From Nannocystales bacterium (GTDB taxonomy: Bacteria; Myxococcota_A; Polyangia; Nannocystales; Nannocystaceae), in contig JBOEGF010000018.1 in the NCBI GenBank assembly GCA_050633305.1, positions 352,001 through 416,000 of the forward strand: a stretch of DNA of 64,000 nucleotides, read 5' to 3'. The position numbers were made by a program, and so were the translations under genes. The notes beneath the pieces were generated by a model. The model worked only from the letters and a program-made list of their open reading frames with translations. It was not told the origin of the DNA and ran no database searches. Numbering within the stretch: the first letter of the stretch is position 1; each line of letters begins with the position of its first letter. Below are positions 18,740 through 28,797 of the stretch, one piece after another.

Positions 18740-21148
18740 TCAGTTGATCTTCACGTTCGGGGCACCGATGTTGACCATCCCCATGCCCGCGACATCGACG
18801 ACCGCGCTGGAAAGCTTGGCTGCGGACGCACTGAGCTCGAGGGTGGACGCACCGGCCCCCAGTTTCACGTTCGCGCCGCTTCCGTCGATCCCCGTTGAGA
18901 CTTCGAGTTTGGCTCCGGCTGCCTGTGTGAGCACGGTACCGCCCTGGATTTTTACGTCGGACGTGAGGTCGACAGAGGCGCCCGTGGAGCTGTGGGTCAG
19001 GGCTGTCTGGGAGAGTACGAGACCACTGTAGGCGGCCGAGGTGAGGCTGACGTCCTGGTCCATCGTGATCGAAGAACCGACGATGGAGGTCATGCTCATC
19101 GAGCCCTTGTGGTCCATCTCGACGGCCATGCCCGCTCCTGCGGTCGCCAGCGCGAACCCTGCGTTGACGCTGAGCTGTGTGCCGCCGCCAGCCACCAGAG
19201 TGATGGCACCTGGCGTGAGGACGATGGAAGACCCCCCGCACTGAAGGGTGATCTGGTTTGGTGCGGTGATCGTGACGCTGTCGTCGGCCTCCTGCGTGAT
19301 GCAGCCGGTGACCGACAGGGAGTGGTTGGACGGGCCCGCGGTGGCCTCGGCGTCCGGCGGTGGAGGTGCGCCGACCTTGATCGTTTGGTGCCCGGTTACG
19401 CTCAGCGCCCGTTCTCCGCCGACACTGACGGTTTGCTTGGCGCCGACGCTGACCGACTGCGTCGCGCCGACGCGCTGGGCATGGGCGTTGCGGACGCGCT
19501 CGGTGTGGTTGCGTTGCGCGTGAAAGTAGACTTCCTCTTTGCCCGCGGCGTCCTCGAAGCGGAGCTCGTTGAAGCCGTCGCCGCCGGGTGAACTCTGAGT
19601 CTTGATGCCGCTTTGTGTCTTGTTGTCAGGAAGCGAATACGGAGGCGCATGACTTCCGCTGTAGACCGAACCGACACAAACGGGGCGGTCGGGGTCCCCA
19701 CCGAGGAAGCTTACGAGCACCTCCATGCCGATGCGTGGAATGAACTGGGTGCCAAAGCCTGCTCCGGCCCAGCTGTGCGCCACGCGAAGCCAGCAGCTGG
19801 TGTCGGTGTCGCGCTCGCGCTGTTCTCGGTCCCAGTGCATCCGCACCTGGACCCGGCCATGCTCGTCGGTGTGAATCTCTTCGCCGGAGGGGCCCACCAC
19901 GGTCGCGGTCTGAACGCCGAAGATCCTCGGCCGTGCGGACTCGGTCGGCGCGAACGTTTGCTCGAGGGACGCGCACACGAAGCGGTTGTCGTAGTTGCTG
20001 CCGCCTTGGCCGCCGAGTTGGACCTCGGGATTGTCGGCGGTGTGCGCGACGCGAATGCAGTAGTAGGGACCGTTGAGTTCGGTGTCAGGGTGTCCGTCGA
20101 GCTCGAAGGTGGCGCCCGGAGACATGCTCATGACGTTGGAGCTGCCATCAAAGAGGCTCGCCTCCAGCGCGATGAGATGGTGGGCTCGGCCCAGGCGGTC
20201 GGCGGTGTTGTCGAGGTGGGGCCCATCCCCGCCTGCGTCTTCCTGGAGCCGCCGGCCTCCGTGTTGATACGTCGAGCCAACTTGCCGTGGGGAGGCCAGC
20301 TCGGGTTCGACTGAGGCGTGCAGCTGGCCTGGCGCGGCCTGCTTCCAGTCCCATTGCTCGTGTTCGCCGTGTCCGGGATGCACCCGGTGTTGCCAAGTAA
20401 AGGATGCGATCGTCTCTTCGTCGGACAGCTCGCCGCGGTCGCCTCGGACAGGGACGTGTTGCGGCGGCGGAGCGCCATCGAGGCCTTCAACGGTACGCAG
20501 GACCGACCCAAAGCGGTCTTGGTCGTCAAACAGGACGACGCGCTCCATGGACTCGTCGGCCTCGAACGCGAGGGTCATCCCATCTTCGGCGAGGATCCGT
20601 CGAAGAAAAGCGAGGTCTGTCTCTTGGTACTGGACGCAGTAGTCGCGCGCGAGGGGCTCCTCCGCCAATCGGGTCACGTCGAGCTCTGCACCCCGGGTCG
20701 AGAGCAGCTCGCCCGCGACCTCTTCCATGATCTCGACGACGGTGGAGTCTTGGAAGATGCGACTGCGGCGGGTGTTGCTGAGCAACGCCAACGCGGGCAT
20801 GACCAGGAGGCGGGCGTGGTAGGCCTCGGAGAACGAGCCGATGTACTCCGTGGTGGCGACGACGCCGTGGAAAAAACGACCGTCGTTCTCTGCGGGGTTG
20901 GCTGCGTCCTCGCGCAGCATGTGTAGAGAAAAATCGGCTCCGGCCAACCTCGAGGGATCGAAGTGGGGGTGGTTGGTCATGACCTCGATGGCCATGCGCC
21001 ATGGTTGGCCCAACTCTTCGCGGAGGTCGACGTGGCGGACGCGAAGGAAGGTGCCGTCGAGCTCCAGCGGATCGGAGTAGGGACCCCACGCTGGCGCCAC
21101 GAGTGTGGCGTTGTACTGGATGAGCGGAAGCGCGGACGGCGAGGCCAT
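18740..21148 (-). CDS. vgrG: Type VI secretion spike protein VgrG (TssI)
   Basis: RIFQD, YCVQYQETDLAF, QTATVVGPSGEEIHTDEHGRV, SCWLRV, IPRIGMEVLVSFLGGDPDRP, NELRFEDAAGKEE; C-terminal beta-helix repeats. Confidence 0.95.
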   Translation of the reverse strand: MASPSALPLIQYNATLVAPAWGPYSDPLELDGTFLRVRHVDLREELGQPWRMAIEVMTNHPHFDPSRLAGADFSLHMLREDAANPAENDGRFFHGVVATTEYIGSFSEAYHARLLVMPALALLSNTRRSRIFQDSTVVEIMEEVAGELLSTRGAELDVTRLAEEPLARDYCVQYQETDLAFLRRILAEDGMTLAFEADESMERVVLFDDQDRFGSVLRTVEGLDGAPPPQHVPVRGDRGELSDEETIASFTWQHRVHPGHGEHEQWDWKQAAPGQLHASVEPELASPRQVGSTYQHGGRRLQEDAGGDGPHLDNTADRLGRAHHLIALEASLFDGSSNVMSMSPGATFELDGHPDTELNGPYYCIRVAHTADNPEVQLGGQGGSNYDNRFVCASLEQTFAPTESARPRIFGVQTATVVGPSGEEIHTDEHGRVQVRMHWDREQRERDTDTSCWLRVAHSWAGAGFGTQFIPRIGMEVLVSFLGGDPDRPVCVGSVYSGSHAPPYSLPDNKTQSGIKTQSSPGGDGFNELRFEDAAGKEEVYFHAQRNHTERVRNAHAQRVGATQSVSVGAKQTVSVGGERALSVTGHQTIKVGAPPPPDAEATAGPSNHSLSVTGCITQEADDSVTITAPNQITLQCGGSSIVLTPGAITLVAGGGTQLSVNAGFALATAGAGMAVEMDHKGSMSMTSIVGSSITMDQDVSLTSAAYSGLVLSQTALTHSSTGASVDLTSDVKIQGGTVLTQAAGAKLEVSTGIDGSGANVKLGAGASTLELSASAAKLSSAVVDVAGMGMVNIGAPNVKIN

Positions 21149-21427
21149 GAGGAGCCCTCGGAGTGTAGCGAGTTTTCTTCGCTTACCCTTGTTCGTCGAC
21201 CTACCCTGTCCGCTGGGTCCGTATGGTTGCGCCGACCGCTCGAGAGGTGTGGGCCAGGCGCGCGGGCTGTTACAGCGGGACAGGCGGTCCCGTCAAGCCC
21301 TGCTGCGCATCCTCCGAAGCGTACCGCTACCTGTCCGACGCGGCCAGATCGGGAAAAAATGGTCGCGCGGCTAGGCTTCTCGTGTTGGTCGTGTCCACGC
21401 GCTCGGAAAATGCGTATCCTCCTCGCC

Positions 21428-21817
21428 GTGAAGCTCGATCCGGACAAGCTCACCGACGCGCTCGTTGAAGCGTATGACCTGACCCCAGCGCAGCGGCAGG
21501 TCATCTACTTCACGTTGATGGGGCAGACGATGGCCCAGATCTCGACGCGGACGGGCAAGGCCATTCGTACGATCAAGCTGCACCGCACCGAGGCGTTCGC
21601 TCGGCTGTCGGTCGGTTCGACTGGCGAGCTGTGGGGACTCCTCTTCAAAATGGCGGGTCACGAACTCGAGCCGCTGTCGGATCACCCCGTGCGTTGGGAA
21701 GAGTTGTTCAAGACGTGCGGTGCGACGGTCGACATCGATCGCATCATGCGACTCACCGGTCGGCCTCGACGTGTCGTGATCAAGAAGCTCAAGGACTTCG
21801 GCTACGAAGTCGCCTAA
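21428..21817 (+). CDS. LuxR-type HTH regulator without receiver domain
   Basis: LTPAQRQVIYFTLMGQTMAQISTRTGKAIRTIKLHRTEAFARL; start GTG 21428 (alternative ATG 21410). Confidence 0.8.
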   Translation: MKLDPDKLTDALVEAYDLTPAQRQVIYFTLMGQTMAQISTRTGKAIRTIKLHRTEAFARLSVGSTGELWGLLFKMAGHELEPLSDHPVRWEELFKTCGATVDIDRIMRLTGRPRRVVIKKLKDFGYEVA

Positions 21818-21841
21818 CCGCGAGCACTTCCTCTCGAGGTG

Positions 21842-21887
21842 AAAGCCTCACGAGCTCGAGACACGGTCTCTGCTTCGTGAGGCTTTT
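21842..21887. terminator. Bidirectional intrinsic terminator between convergent luxR and kinase genes
   Basis: aaagcctcacga...tcgtgaggctttt 12-bp stem with inner gagac/gtctc. Confidence 0.75.
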
Positions 21888-21907
21888 GTCGTTGTGGGCC
21901 CGAGGGG

Positions 21908-23476
21908 TCAGGCGCCGTGGCTGCGGCAGAGCTCGACGATGCTCCAGACCGTCGGGTCGCCCGACTCTTGGCCTTCGCGTTCACACTGCGCGTACTTGCC
22001 GAGCTTGTGGAGCGCGCGAACGCGATGGCGCTCGCGTTGAGTTTTCTTCGCCGACCAACAGGCCTTGCCCTTGGTGTGTTTCAAGACGGTTCGCCACTCC
22101 CCCAGGAGTGCAGCGTCGACGGTCTCCTGCCGGACGGCGGCGCAGTCCTTCGCAGGCTTCTTGGACGGCGGCGAGGAGGGCCTGGGTTTGCCCTTCTTCG
22201 CTCGCGGCGGACTGGGCGGTGTGCGGGGCTTCGGCTCGGGGCTCACCTCAGGATCGGCAGCGGCGTCGGGCTCTGGCTCTGCCTTGGGAGAGACGGCCGG
22301 CCCGGGCTCGGGCGTCGCTGCCGCCGCGCTCGCGTCTACCTCCTTCGATTCGGCGGCTGGGGGCTCCTCCTCGCCGTTTTCGGCAAGGACCACAGTTTGG
22401 TCTGCCTTCGGTGCCATGGCGTGGGGTCGCACCAGCCACCAGCCCGTCATGCTGCCGAGGACGATGACGGCGGCAGCCGCAACGCCCCAAAGTGCCGGTC
22501 GCAGGCTGGGTCCCTTCTTCGGCGCGGGCACGACATCGGTGCCGCCGCGTTGCGCGGTTTGCGGACGAAGGATGGGCGCGGAAACCATCGAGACGTCCAA
22601 GCCCAGGGTGGGGAGGATGGAGATCAGTCCTGCTTCGACCTCTCGGGCCGATTGAATGCGACGGGTGCTGTCGGTTTGAAGCATGCCTTCGAGCAGCGCA
22701 TGGAGCTCGGCAGGAATGGGCGGCAAACCTTCCAGACTCGCGCCGCGCAAACCCCAGCCGGCCTTGGGGGGCGCACGCCCGGTGAGCATCTCCAGCAGCA
22801 GTACACCCATCGCCCAGATGTCGACGGTCTCCGCGTCGGAGATGCCCGCGGCCTGTTCCGGGGACATGTACTGGGCTGTCCCAATCACGGTGCCCCCGGC
22901 GGTCAGGTCTTGTGATCGCCCCGTCTCCGCGAGATCGGCGGAGATCCCAAAGTCGAGGACCTTCGCGACTTCTCGCCCGGCGCTGGATTCGAGCATGATG
23001 TTGGAGGGCTTGATGTCGCGGTGCACGACATCCATCTGATGCGCCGCCGACAGGCCCGCGGCCACGTCGCGCATCAGAGACACCGCGCGAGCGACCTCCA
23101 TGGGCTCGTCGCGCCCGGCGAGTTGATCGAGTTCGTCGCGGAGGTCGTGCCCGCGGACGAGGTCCATCACGAGGTAGCGGCGTCCATCGGGAAGGCTGCC
23201 GACATCGTGCACGGAGACGATCTGCGGGCATCCGGAGAGGCGCCCCATGACGAGTGCCTCTCGGTCGAACCTCGCGACGAAGTCTGGTTGATGCACGTAG
23301 TCGGTGTGCAGCACCTTGATGGCAACGCGGGCGTTGGTGGTGCGGTGGTGCCCGAGGTAGATCGTCGCCATCCCACCGTCCCGGAGGACGCTGTCCAGGA
23401 CGTGCCGATCGACTCCGGTTCCCGGAGGCAGGCGCTCCGGCATCGTCGGGAGTACGGAGGTGACGATGTCAGGCAC
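21908..23476 (-). CDS. Membrane Ser/Thr protein kinase
   Basis: VAIKVL, HRDIKPSN, DFG, YMSPEQ; TM, Pro-rich linker, Cys-containing C-domain. Confidence 0.93.
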   Translation of the reverse strand: MPDIVTSVLPTMPERLPPGTGVDRHVLDSVLRDGGMATIYLGHHRTTNARVAIKVLHTDYVHQPDFVARFDREALVMGRLSGCPQIVSVHDVGSLPDGRRYLVMDLVRGHDLRDELDQLAGRDEPMEVARAVSLMRDVAAGLSAAHQMDVVHRDIKPSNIMLESSAGREVAKVLDFGISADLAETGRSQDLTAGGTVIGTAQYMSPEQAAGISDAETVDIWAMGVLLLEMLTGRAPPKAGWGLRGASLEGLPPIPAELHALLEGMLQTDSTRRIQSAREVEAGLISILPTLGLDVSMVSAPILRPQTAQRGGTDVVPAPKKGPSLRPALWGVAAAAVIVLGSMTGWWLVRPHAMAPKADQTVVLAENGEEEPPAAESKEVDASAAAATPEPGPAVSPKAEPEPDAAADPEVSPEPKPRTPPSPPRAKKGKPRPSSPPSKKPAKDCAAVRQETVDAALLGEWRTVLKHTKGKACWSAKKTQRERHRVRALHKLGKYAQCEREGQESGDPTVWSIVELCRSHGA

Positions 23477-23479
23477 GGC

Positions 23480-25216
23480 TTACTCGGAGGCCCGGGGGGT
23501 GTCGCCGGAGTCGTCGAGGATGAAGTACGCCGCGGCTCCCGCTGCGGCGAGTGCGAGAACGAGACCGGCGACAAACATGGCCACGGTCTTGACCGGGTTG
23601 CGTTCCTGGACGACGAACCTCGTCATCGATGGCTCGTTCGCCATTGGAAGCTGAGCGGCCGGCGCTTGTCCTGGCGGCCGCCGGGCAACGGCTGGAGCAG
23701 GCGCGACGGGAGCGGCCGCTGCGACGGGGGCTCGCTGGGGCGAGGGGGCGCCGGGGCGAGCGTGGGCCGGACCGAACTGGCTTGGCGGCGCGATGAAGGC
23801 GGTGCCCTCTTCAGGCTCGGGCACAGGTGTGGAGCCGCCCGGGGCGTGTGGGTTGGGGAGGAACGCCGTCGGCTCTTGGACGTTGGCCTGCATCCCGCCG
23901 CTTCCGGTCTGCTCGGCGGGCAGGAAGGTCGTGGACCCGGCGCCTGCACCGGTCGCCTCTGCGGGCAGGCCACCGCCGTCCAGGAACATGGTCCGGGCGG
24001 GTGTGTTTGGTGCTGGGTGGGATGCGGCAGGCCCGGACGGGGCAGCCGCCGCAGGAGAGGGGACGGGCGCCGCGACGGGCGCGGGCATGACGGGCGCAGG
24101 CGCGGCAGGTGCCGGCATGGAAGGCGCAGGCGCAGGCGCAGCAGGTGCCGGCATGGAAGGCGCAGGCGCGGCAGGTGCCGGCATGGAAGCTGCGGGCATG
24201 GACGGGGCGGCGACAGGGGCCGGACTCGAGGGTCTTCCGGGACCGGGCCCTGGCCGGGCGGCGGAGGCCTGGCTGGGCTCGACTGCGGAGCGGGGACGAC
24301 TCGAGCCCAGCAAGCTTCCGACCACCTTGGAGAGCTCGACCCGACAGTCTCGATAGCCTCGGAACTGCTGAAGGAGCTCCAGTGCGGCCTCCGCCGACTG
24401 GGGGCGCGCTGCTGGATCTGGGCTGAGCAGCGCTTGTCGAAGTCGCTCGAGTTCAGGCGCGACCGGTCCGCGCAGCATCGGAGCGACGCCTCGGATGACT
24501 TGGGCATGAAGCTGCCGGTCGTCTTTGAAGTCTCCCCGAAACCGCTTGCCGTCGAGCAGCTCATGCAACAGCGTACCCACGCCGTAGAGATCCAGCGTCG
24601 GCGCTTTCGTCCGCGTGGTGAGCTGTTCGGGCGCCATGTACCGGAGCTTGCCCTTGACGTGCATGCCCGAGCTCTCCTCGATGACGGTGTGCGCGACGCC
24701 AAAATCGAGGAGCTTCACGTCTCCGGCTGTGGACACCAAAACGTTCTGCGGGGAGATGTCGCGGTGCACGATGCACAGGGGGACACCGCTGGGGTCGGTG
24801 AGCTGGTGCGCGTAGCCCAACGCGTGGAGGAGCTGACCGATGACGAACGAGACCATCGACGCACGCACGTCGGTGTTGTCGATGAGCTTGAGAGCCTCGC
24901 GAAGCCGCACCAAGTTGATGCCCTCGACCCACTCCATGACCATGTAGCTGACCCCACCGTCTTCGCCCTCGTCGAAGCACTGGACGATGTTGGAGTGACT
25001 CATGAGGCCACTGACCTCGGCTTCGGTCCGGAACATCCGGCTGTATCGAGCCTCGCCCGCGAGGTGGGGTAGGACCGCCTTGAGCGCGACGGGACGCCCG
25101 CGGCCGCCTTTGCGCGCGAGCCAAACCTGGGCCATCCCGCCTTTGCCCGCCGGGCGGATGAGCTGGTAGCCGCCAACGACGTCGCCCTCGGCGAACGCTG
25201 CTCGACTCCCGCTCAT
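23480..25216 (-). CDS. Ser/Thr protein kinase with Pro/Ala-rich linker and C-terminal TM anchor
   Basis: GKGGMAQV, VALK, HRDISPQN, DFG, YMAPEQ. Confidence 0.93.
   Translation of the reverse strand: MSGSRAAFAEGDVVGGYQLIRPAGKGGMAQVWLARKGGRGRPVALKAVLPHLAGEARYSRMFRTEAEVSGLMSHSNIVQCFDEGEDGGVSYMVMEWVEGINLVRLREALKLIDNTDVRASMVSFVIGQLLHALGYAHQLTDPSGVPLCIVHRDISPQNVLVSTAGDVKLLDFGVAHTVIEESSGMHVKGKLRYMAPEQLTTRTKAPTLDLYGVGTLLHELLDGKRFRGDFKDDRQLHAQVIRGVAPMLRGPVAPELERLRQALLSPDPAARPQSAEAALELLQQFRGYRDCRVELSKVVGSLLGSSRPRSAVEPSQASAARPGPGPGRPSSPAPVAAPSMPAASMPAPAAPAPSMPAPAAPAPAPSMPAPAAPAPVMPAPVAAPVPSPAAAAPSGPAASHPAPNTPARTMFLDGGGLPAEATGAGAGSTTFLPAEQTGSGGMQANVQEPTAFLPNPHAPGGSTPVPEPEEGTAFIAPPSQFGPAHARPGAPSPQRAPVAAAAPVAPAPAVARRPPGQAPAAQLPMANEPSMTRFVVQERNPVKTVAMFVAGLVLALAAAGAAAYFILDDSGDTPRASE
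24085..24200. repeat. Tandem coding repeat (SMPAPAAPAP)n
   Basis: gcaggtgccggcatggaag repeated three times at 30-36 bp spacing. Confidence 0.75.
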
Positions 25217-25310
25217 GCGGACACACGCTCCGGGCGAACAGATTCACGATGCGGTCGGCGAGAGGGCGTCATGCGCGGCTCGTCCATCGTGGCGCCGTCC
25301 GGCGCCAACG

Positions 25311-28300
25311 TCAAAGCCGTTCGTGCGACTCGGACATCATGGATTGCAAGGCCTCCAGGGGTCGTTGGACCCGCGTCCGGGTGTGCAGCCAGTCGGCGAA
25401 GTCCTCTGGGGTCCGGGGCGCTGCGGCCCCCCACCGGCGCAGTGTCCCAGGCTGCGGGACGTCGATCCAGCCCCCACCGTCGGCCCAGGCGAGCGGGCTG
25501 ACCGGGCGGGGTAGCGTTCGACGTTGTCCCGAGTCGAGGTCGAGAAGGGTGACCTCGGCGACCGCGACTTGCGCCACCCAGAGCTGGCGGCCGCCGGGCG
25601 CCACATGCACTTCGGTGGCGCTCTGCCCCTGTAAAAGGTCCGCCGGCAGCCGGACAAAGTGATCCTGAGCGAGCTGCCACAGCAGGACGCGTCCTGTTGA
25701 CGTCTCCAGCACGACGCCCGCGCGGTCTGCCGTCGCGAACAGTCGTCGTAGTCCGACTTCCTCGAACAGGGTGTGCAGGCCACCGTCATCTCCCCGTTGA
25801 CCGACGTACAACGCGGACGTACGCCCGCCGGCCGCGAAAGCGGCAATGCGCAGGGCTCCGTCTGGATCAAAGGCCGTGGCGAGTAAGCCTCCGCGATTGG
25901 GTGGTCGTACTTGGCCCTGCTCCCCGCTGGCGGCATCCCAGAACGAGACGTGGTGTTGGTGCACAACCGCGACACGGTCTCCGGTGCGTGAGATGAGCAG
26001 TCCTTCTGGGTCGCCTCCGGTGGTCCCCAGAGTCCTTGCGGGTCGGCCGTCGGATGGATGGACTGCCAGATGGCACGTCGAGCTGTCGAACGGGCAGGCC
26101 AGCTTGGCCAATGTGGATCCATCCGCGGACCATACGTAGGGCCCCAAGGCGCTGTTGTCCTCCGAGCCCAGCGCCCGCACCTGCGTCGGCTCATCGAGGT
26201 CGAGAACATGCAACCTGCCGTCCGGGCTTTCGACGGCGATGTAGCGCTGGTCGTGACTCGCGACGCTCGCACGCACCTGTGTCGGAAGATCCACAACGGT
26301 CCGGGCATCGCTCCCCGGTGTGCTCTCGAGCACGACGCCGTCCGAGCTGACCACGAAAACACGCTCCGCTCGAGGGTGGACGCCCACGATGTCGGCCTCG
26401 GTATGCAGGTCGATCCGGCGATCTCCCGTCGCACGCAGGCCCGTGTCGTCCAGCCCGGTCCTCCACAATGTGATCCCGGTGGCGCTGCCTCCCGCTGCCC
26501 AGTGGCCTTCACGCGAGACTGCCAGGCCCGAGATCCTATCCCCAACTTCCAGCGGGAGTGTCGTGCCGTCTGCGAACGTCGTGAGTGCGCCCCGCGGACC
26601 GACGGCGACCTGGGTCTGTGCGTCGCGGGACCTTGCGACCCGGTGCACGTCTCCAGGCACTGGAGCTGCAGCCTCGGTACCCTGAGTTCCATCCCACGCC
26701 GCCGGTCCACCAGAGGTCAGGGCGACGACGCATTCCTCCTCGGGAAACCACACGAGTTCTTGGATCGCGCGGTCGATACCCATCGTCCGATGTGTCTTCT
26801 TCGAGAGAAAGGATAGGCTGACTCGACCGCTCCTGTCCCCGGAGGCTAGTGTGTTGGAGGACGGGTGGAAGGCGAGGGCTCCCACGGCTGCTGCGTGTTC
26901 CCTGAGGATCACGGTCGCGTCGCCGCGCAGGACGTAGACGGTCCCGTCTTCCGCTCCGATCGCGGTCCGGCCCTCGCCGTCGGTCGCGAGGGCCGTCAGA
27001 GGGCCGTCGTGAACACGACGGGTGGCCGGAACGTTGGATGCTGGTTCGAGCGTCGCCAACATGCCGCCCGTCAGCAGGATGCGTAGCTGCCCCGTGGCGG
27101 TGAGTGCGATGTCGACCGGCTTCGCGTCAAGGCGGACCGTCTCGGAATCGGATGACTGCGGTGTCGTCCAGCGTAGGATCGAGCCGTCTTCGGTCAGCGC
27201 GGCGAGATGGTTCGAACCCGGAGAAAAGACGACACGGCGCACCGGTGTTGTCGTGGTGTGCATCGCGAAGACCGGCCCTTGCCGGATCGCGTCGGCGGCG
27301 GATGCCCTCGCGGCTGGGAGCCAGCTGGTGTCGGACATCGACAAGTGTTTCAGCCCGGCGAGGACCGCCGTAGGGCTGTCCGACGACGCGGCATGGGCCA
27401 GGAGCAGGTCGTTCCACCGCTGGGGGAGCGTGCGAGCCTGTAGACGCTTGAGTTCTGCCTCTGCTTCAGGGTCCTGGGATGCGTCGAACTCGGCTCGAAT
27501 GCGAATGCCTTCCGGAGACAAAGCGTCGGACCCCGAGGGCGACCAGAGCACGGAGCCCCCGAGCACGATCGAAGCCAACCCCAGTCCCCAGGCAGCCGTG
27601 CGCCACCGGCCGCGCGAGCTCGGCAGGGCGAGGTCGGCCAGCAGTGCCTCCATCGTCGGAAAACGGTCCTCGGGGTCGACGCTTAGGCCTCGAACGAGTG
27701 CCTTGTGAACACTCGAGGGAACGGCGGTATAGCGCGGCGCGGGCTCGACCCTGCCCTCGAGAACGTTGAGGCGGAGCTCGTCGATGCGCTCCCCCGCGAA
27801 TGCTCGATAGCCGTACAAGGCTTCGAACAACGACGAGCAAAAGGCGTACTGGTCTGTGCGCGGCTCAGTGGGTTGGGCCAGATGTTGCTCCGGGGCCATG
27901 TAGGCCGGCGTCCCCATGATGACCCCGGTGCGGGTGAGCGAGGGTTCCGCGTCAGGGCTGTGCGTCTCGGCGTCGTGTCCCGGCTCGATCTGCCCGTCGG
28001 TTCGCGCCAACCCAAAGTCGACCACGCGCACAACGAGGTCGGCTGCGCGAACCAGGACGTTGTCGGCCTTGAAATCGCGATGCACGATGCCGGCGGCGTG
28101 GGCGGCACACAGGCCTCGCCCGGCATCGAGGTAGCGCGCGAGAATCTCCCTCCAGTCCCGCGAGGGTTGCCACTGCTTGAGCGTGCTTCCCTCCACGTAC
28201 TCCATTGCCACGAAGACCTCTTCTTCGTGGGTCCCCACCTCGTACACTTGGATGACGCTGCGATGGGAGAGCCGCGCGATCGCTTGGGCCTCTCGGAGCA

Positions 28301-28649
28301 ACCGTTGGCGGGCCGTGTGCGTGACCGGGCCGTGTCCCGCGCGCAGCAGTTTGACCGCGACCTTGCGATCGAGTTTGTCGTCGTAGGCCGCGTATACGAC
28401 TCCCATGCCGCCGGCACCGATTCGCTTGATGACCACGTACCGGCCGATGCGGGTCGGCCCCTGTGAAGTAGGCCGCGCGGGGCGGTCCGGGTCCGGGTCG
28501 ACCGTGTCGGGCGCAGCGTCGAACAGACGAGCCTTCACGCCTGCTCGAATGTTGCCGATCCACTCGCGTGACTCGTCGGAGCCCGGGGCAGCTGGGCTCG
28601 GCGCCGCCTCACCCGGCGGCAGGGTGGGGTCGGTTTCGAGGGCCACCAC
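25311..28649 (-). CDS. Ser/Thr protein kinase with TM and WD40 beta-propeller
   Basis: IGAGGMGVVY, VAVKLL, HRDFKADN, DFG, GTPAYMAPEQ; WD40-like units (HAAAVGALAFHPSSNTLASGDRSG). Confidence 0.92.
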   Translation of the reverse strand: MVALETDPTLPPGEAAPSPAAPGSDESREWIGNIRAGVKARLFDAAPDTVDPDPDRPARPTSQGPTRIGRYVVIKRIGAGGMGVVYAAYDDKLDRKVAVKLLRAGHGPVTHTARQRLLREAQAIARLSHRSVIQVYEVGTHEEEVFVAMEYVEGSTLKQWQPSRDWREILARYLDAGRGLCAAHAAGIVHRDFKADNVLVRAADLVVRVVDFGLARTDGQIEPGHDAETHSPDAEPSLTRTGVIMGTPAYMAPEQHLAQPTEPRTDQYAFCSSLFEALYGYRAFAGERIDELRLNVLEGRVEPAPRYTAVPSSVHKALVRGLSVDPEDRFPTMEALLADLALPSSRGRWRTAAWGLGLASIVLGGSVLWSPSGSDALSPEGIRIRAEFDASQDPEAEAELKRLQARTLPQRWNDLLLAHAASSDSPTAVLAGLKHLSMSDTSWLPAARASAADAIRQGPVFAMHTTTTPVRRVVFSPGSNHLAALTEDGSILRWTTPQSSDSETVRLDAKPVDIALTATGQLRILLTGGMLATLEPASNVPATRRVHDGPLTALATDGEGRTAIGAEDGTVYVLRGDATVILREHAAAVGALAFHPSSNTLASGDRSGRVSLSFLSKKTHRTMGIDRAIQELVWFPEEECVVALTSGGPAAWDGTQGTEAAAPVPGDVHRVARSRDAQTQVAVGPRGALTTFADGTTLPLEVGDRISGLAVSREGHWAAGGSATGITLWRTGLDDTGLRATGDRRIDLHTEADIVGVHPRAERVFVVSSDGVVLESTPGSDARTVVDLPTQVRASVASHDQRYIAVESPDGRLHVLDLDEPTQVRALGSEDNSALGPYVWSADGSTLAKLACPFDSSTCHLAVHPSDGRPARTLGTTGGDPEGLLISRTGDRVAVVHQHHVSFWDAASGEQGQVRPPNRGGLLATAFDPDGALRIAAFAAGGRTSALYVGQRGDDGGLHTLFEEVGLRRLFATADRAGVVLETSTGRVLLWQLAQDHFVRLPADLLQGQSATEVHVAPGGRQLWVAQVAVAEVTLLDLDSGQRRTLPRPVSPLAWADGGGWIDVPQPGTLRRWGAAAPRTPEDFADWLHTRTRVQRPLEALQSMMSESHERL

Positions 28650-28719
28650 GGTCCAGTTCAGCAGAACCGCAGGCGAGGCGGTAGGTTTCGTCGTTTGCCC
28701 CAGAAAACGGTGGAACGGC

Positions 28720-28752
28720 CCGGTTTACTGCCGGTTTACCGCCGGTTTGCGG
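28720..28752. promoter_or_regulatory. Three direct repeats with 11-bp period (CCGGTTTAC/GC), OmpR/CpxR-type binding site candidate
   Basis: ccggtttactg ccggtttaccg ccggtttgcgg between divergent kinase and spy/cpxP-like genes. Confidence 0.6.
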
Positions 28753-28797
28753 CTGTGCCCCAGGTTCGCGGGTCACGATCTCCAGACTGGATCGCCT

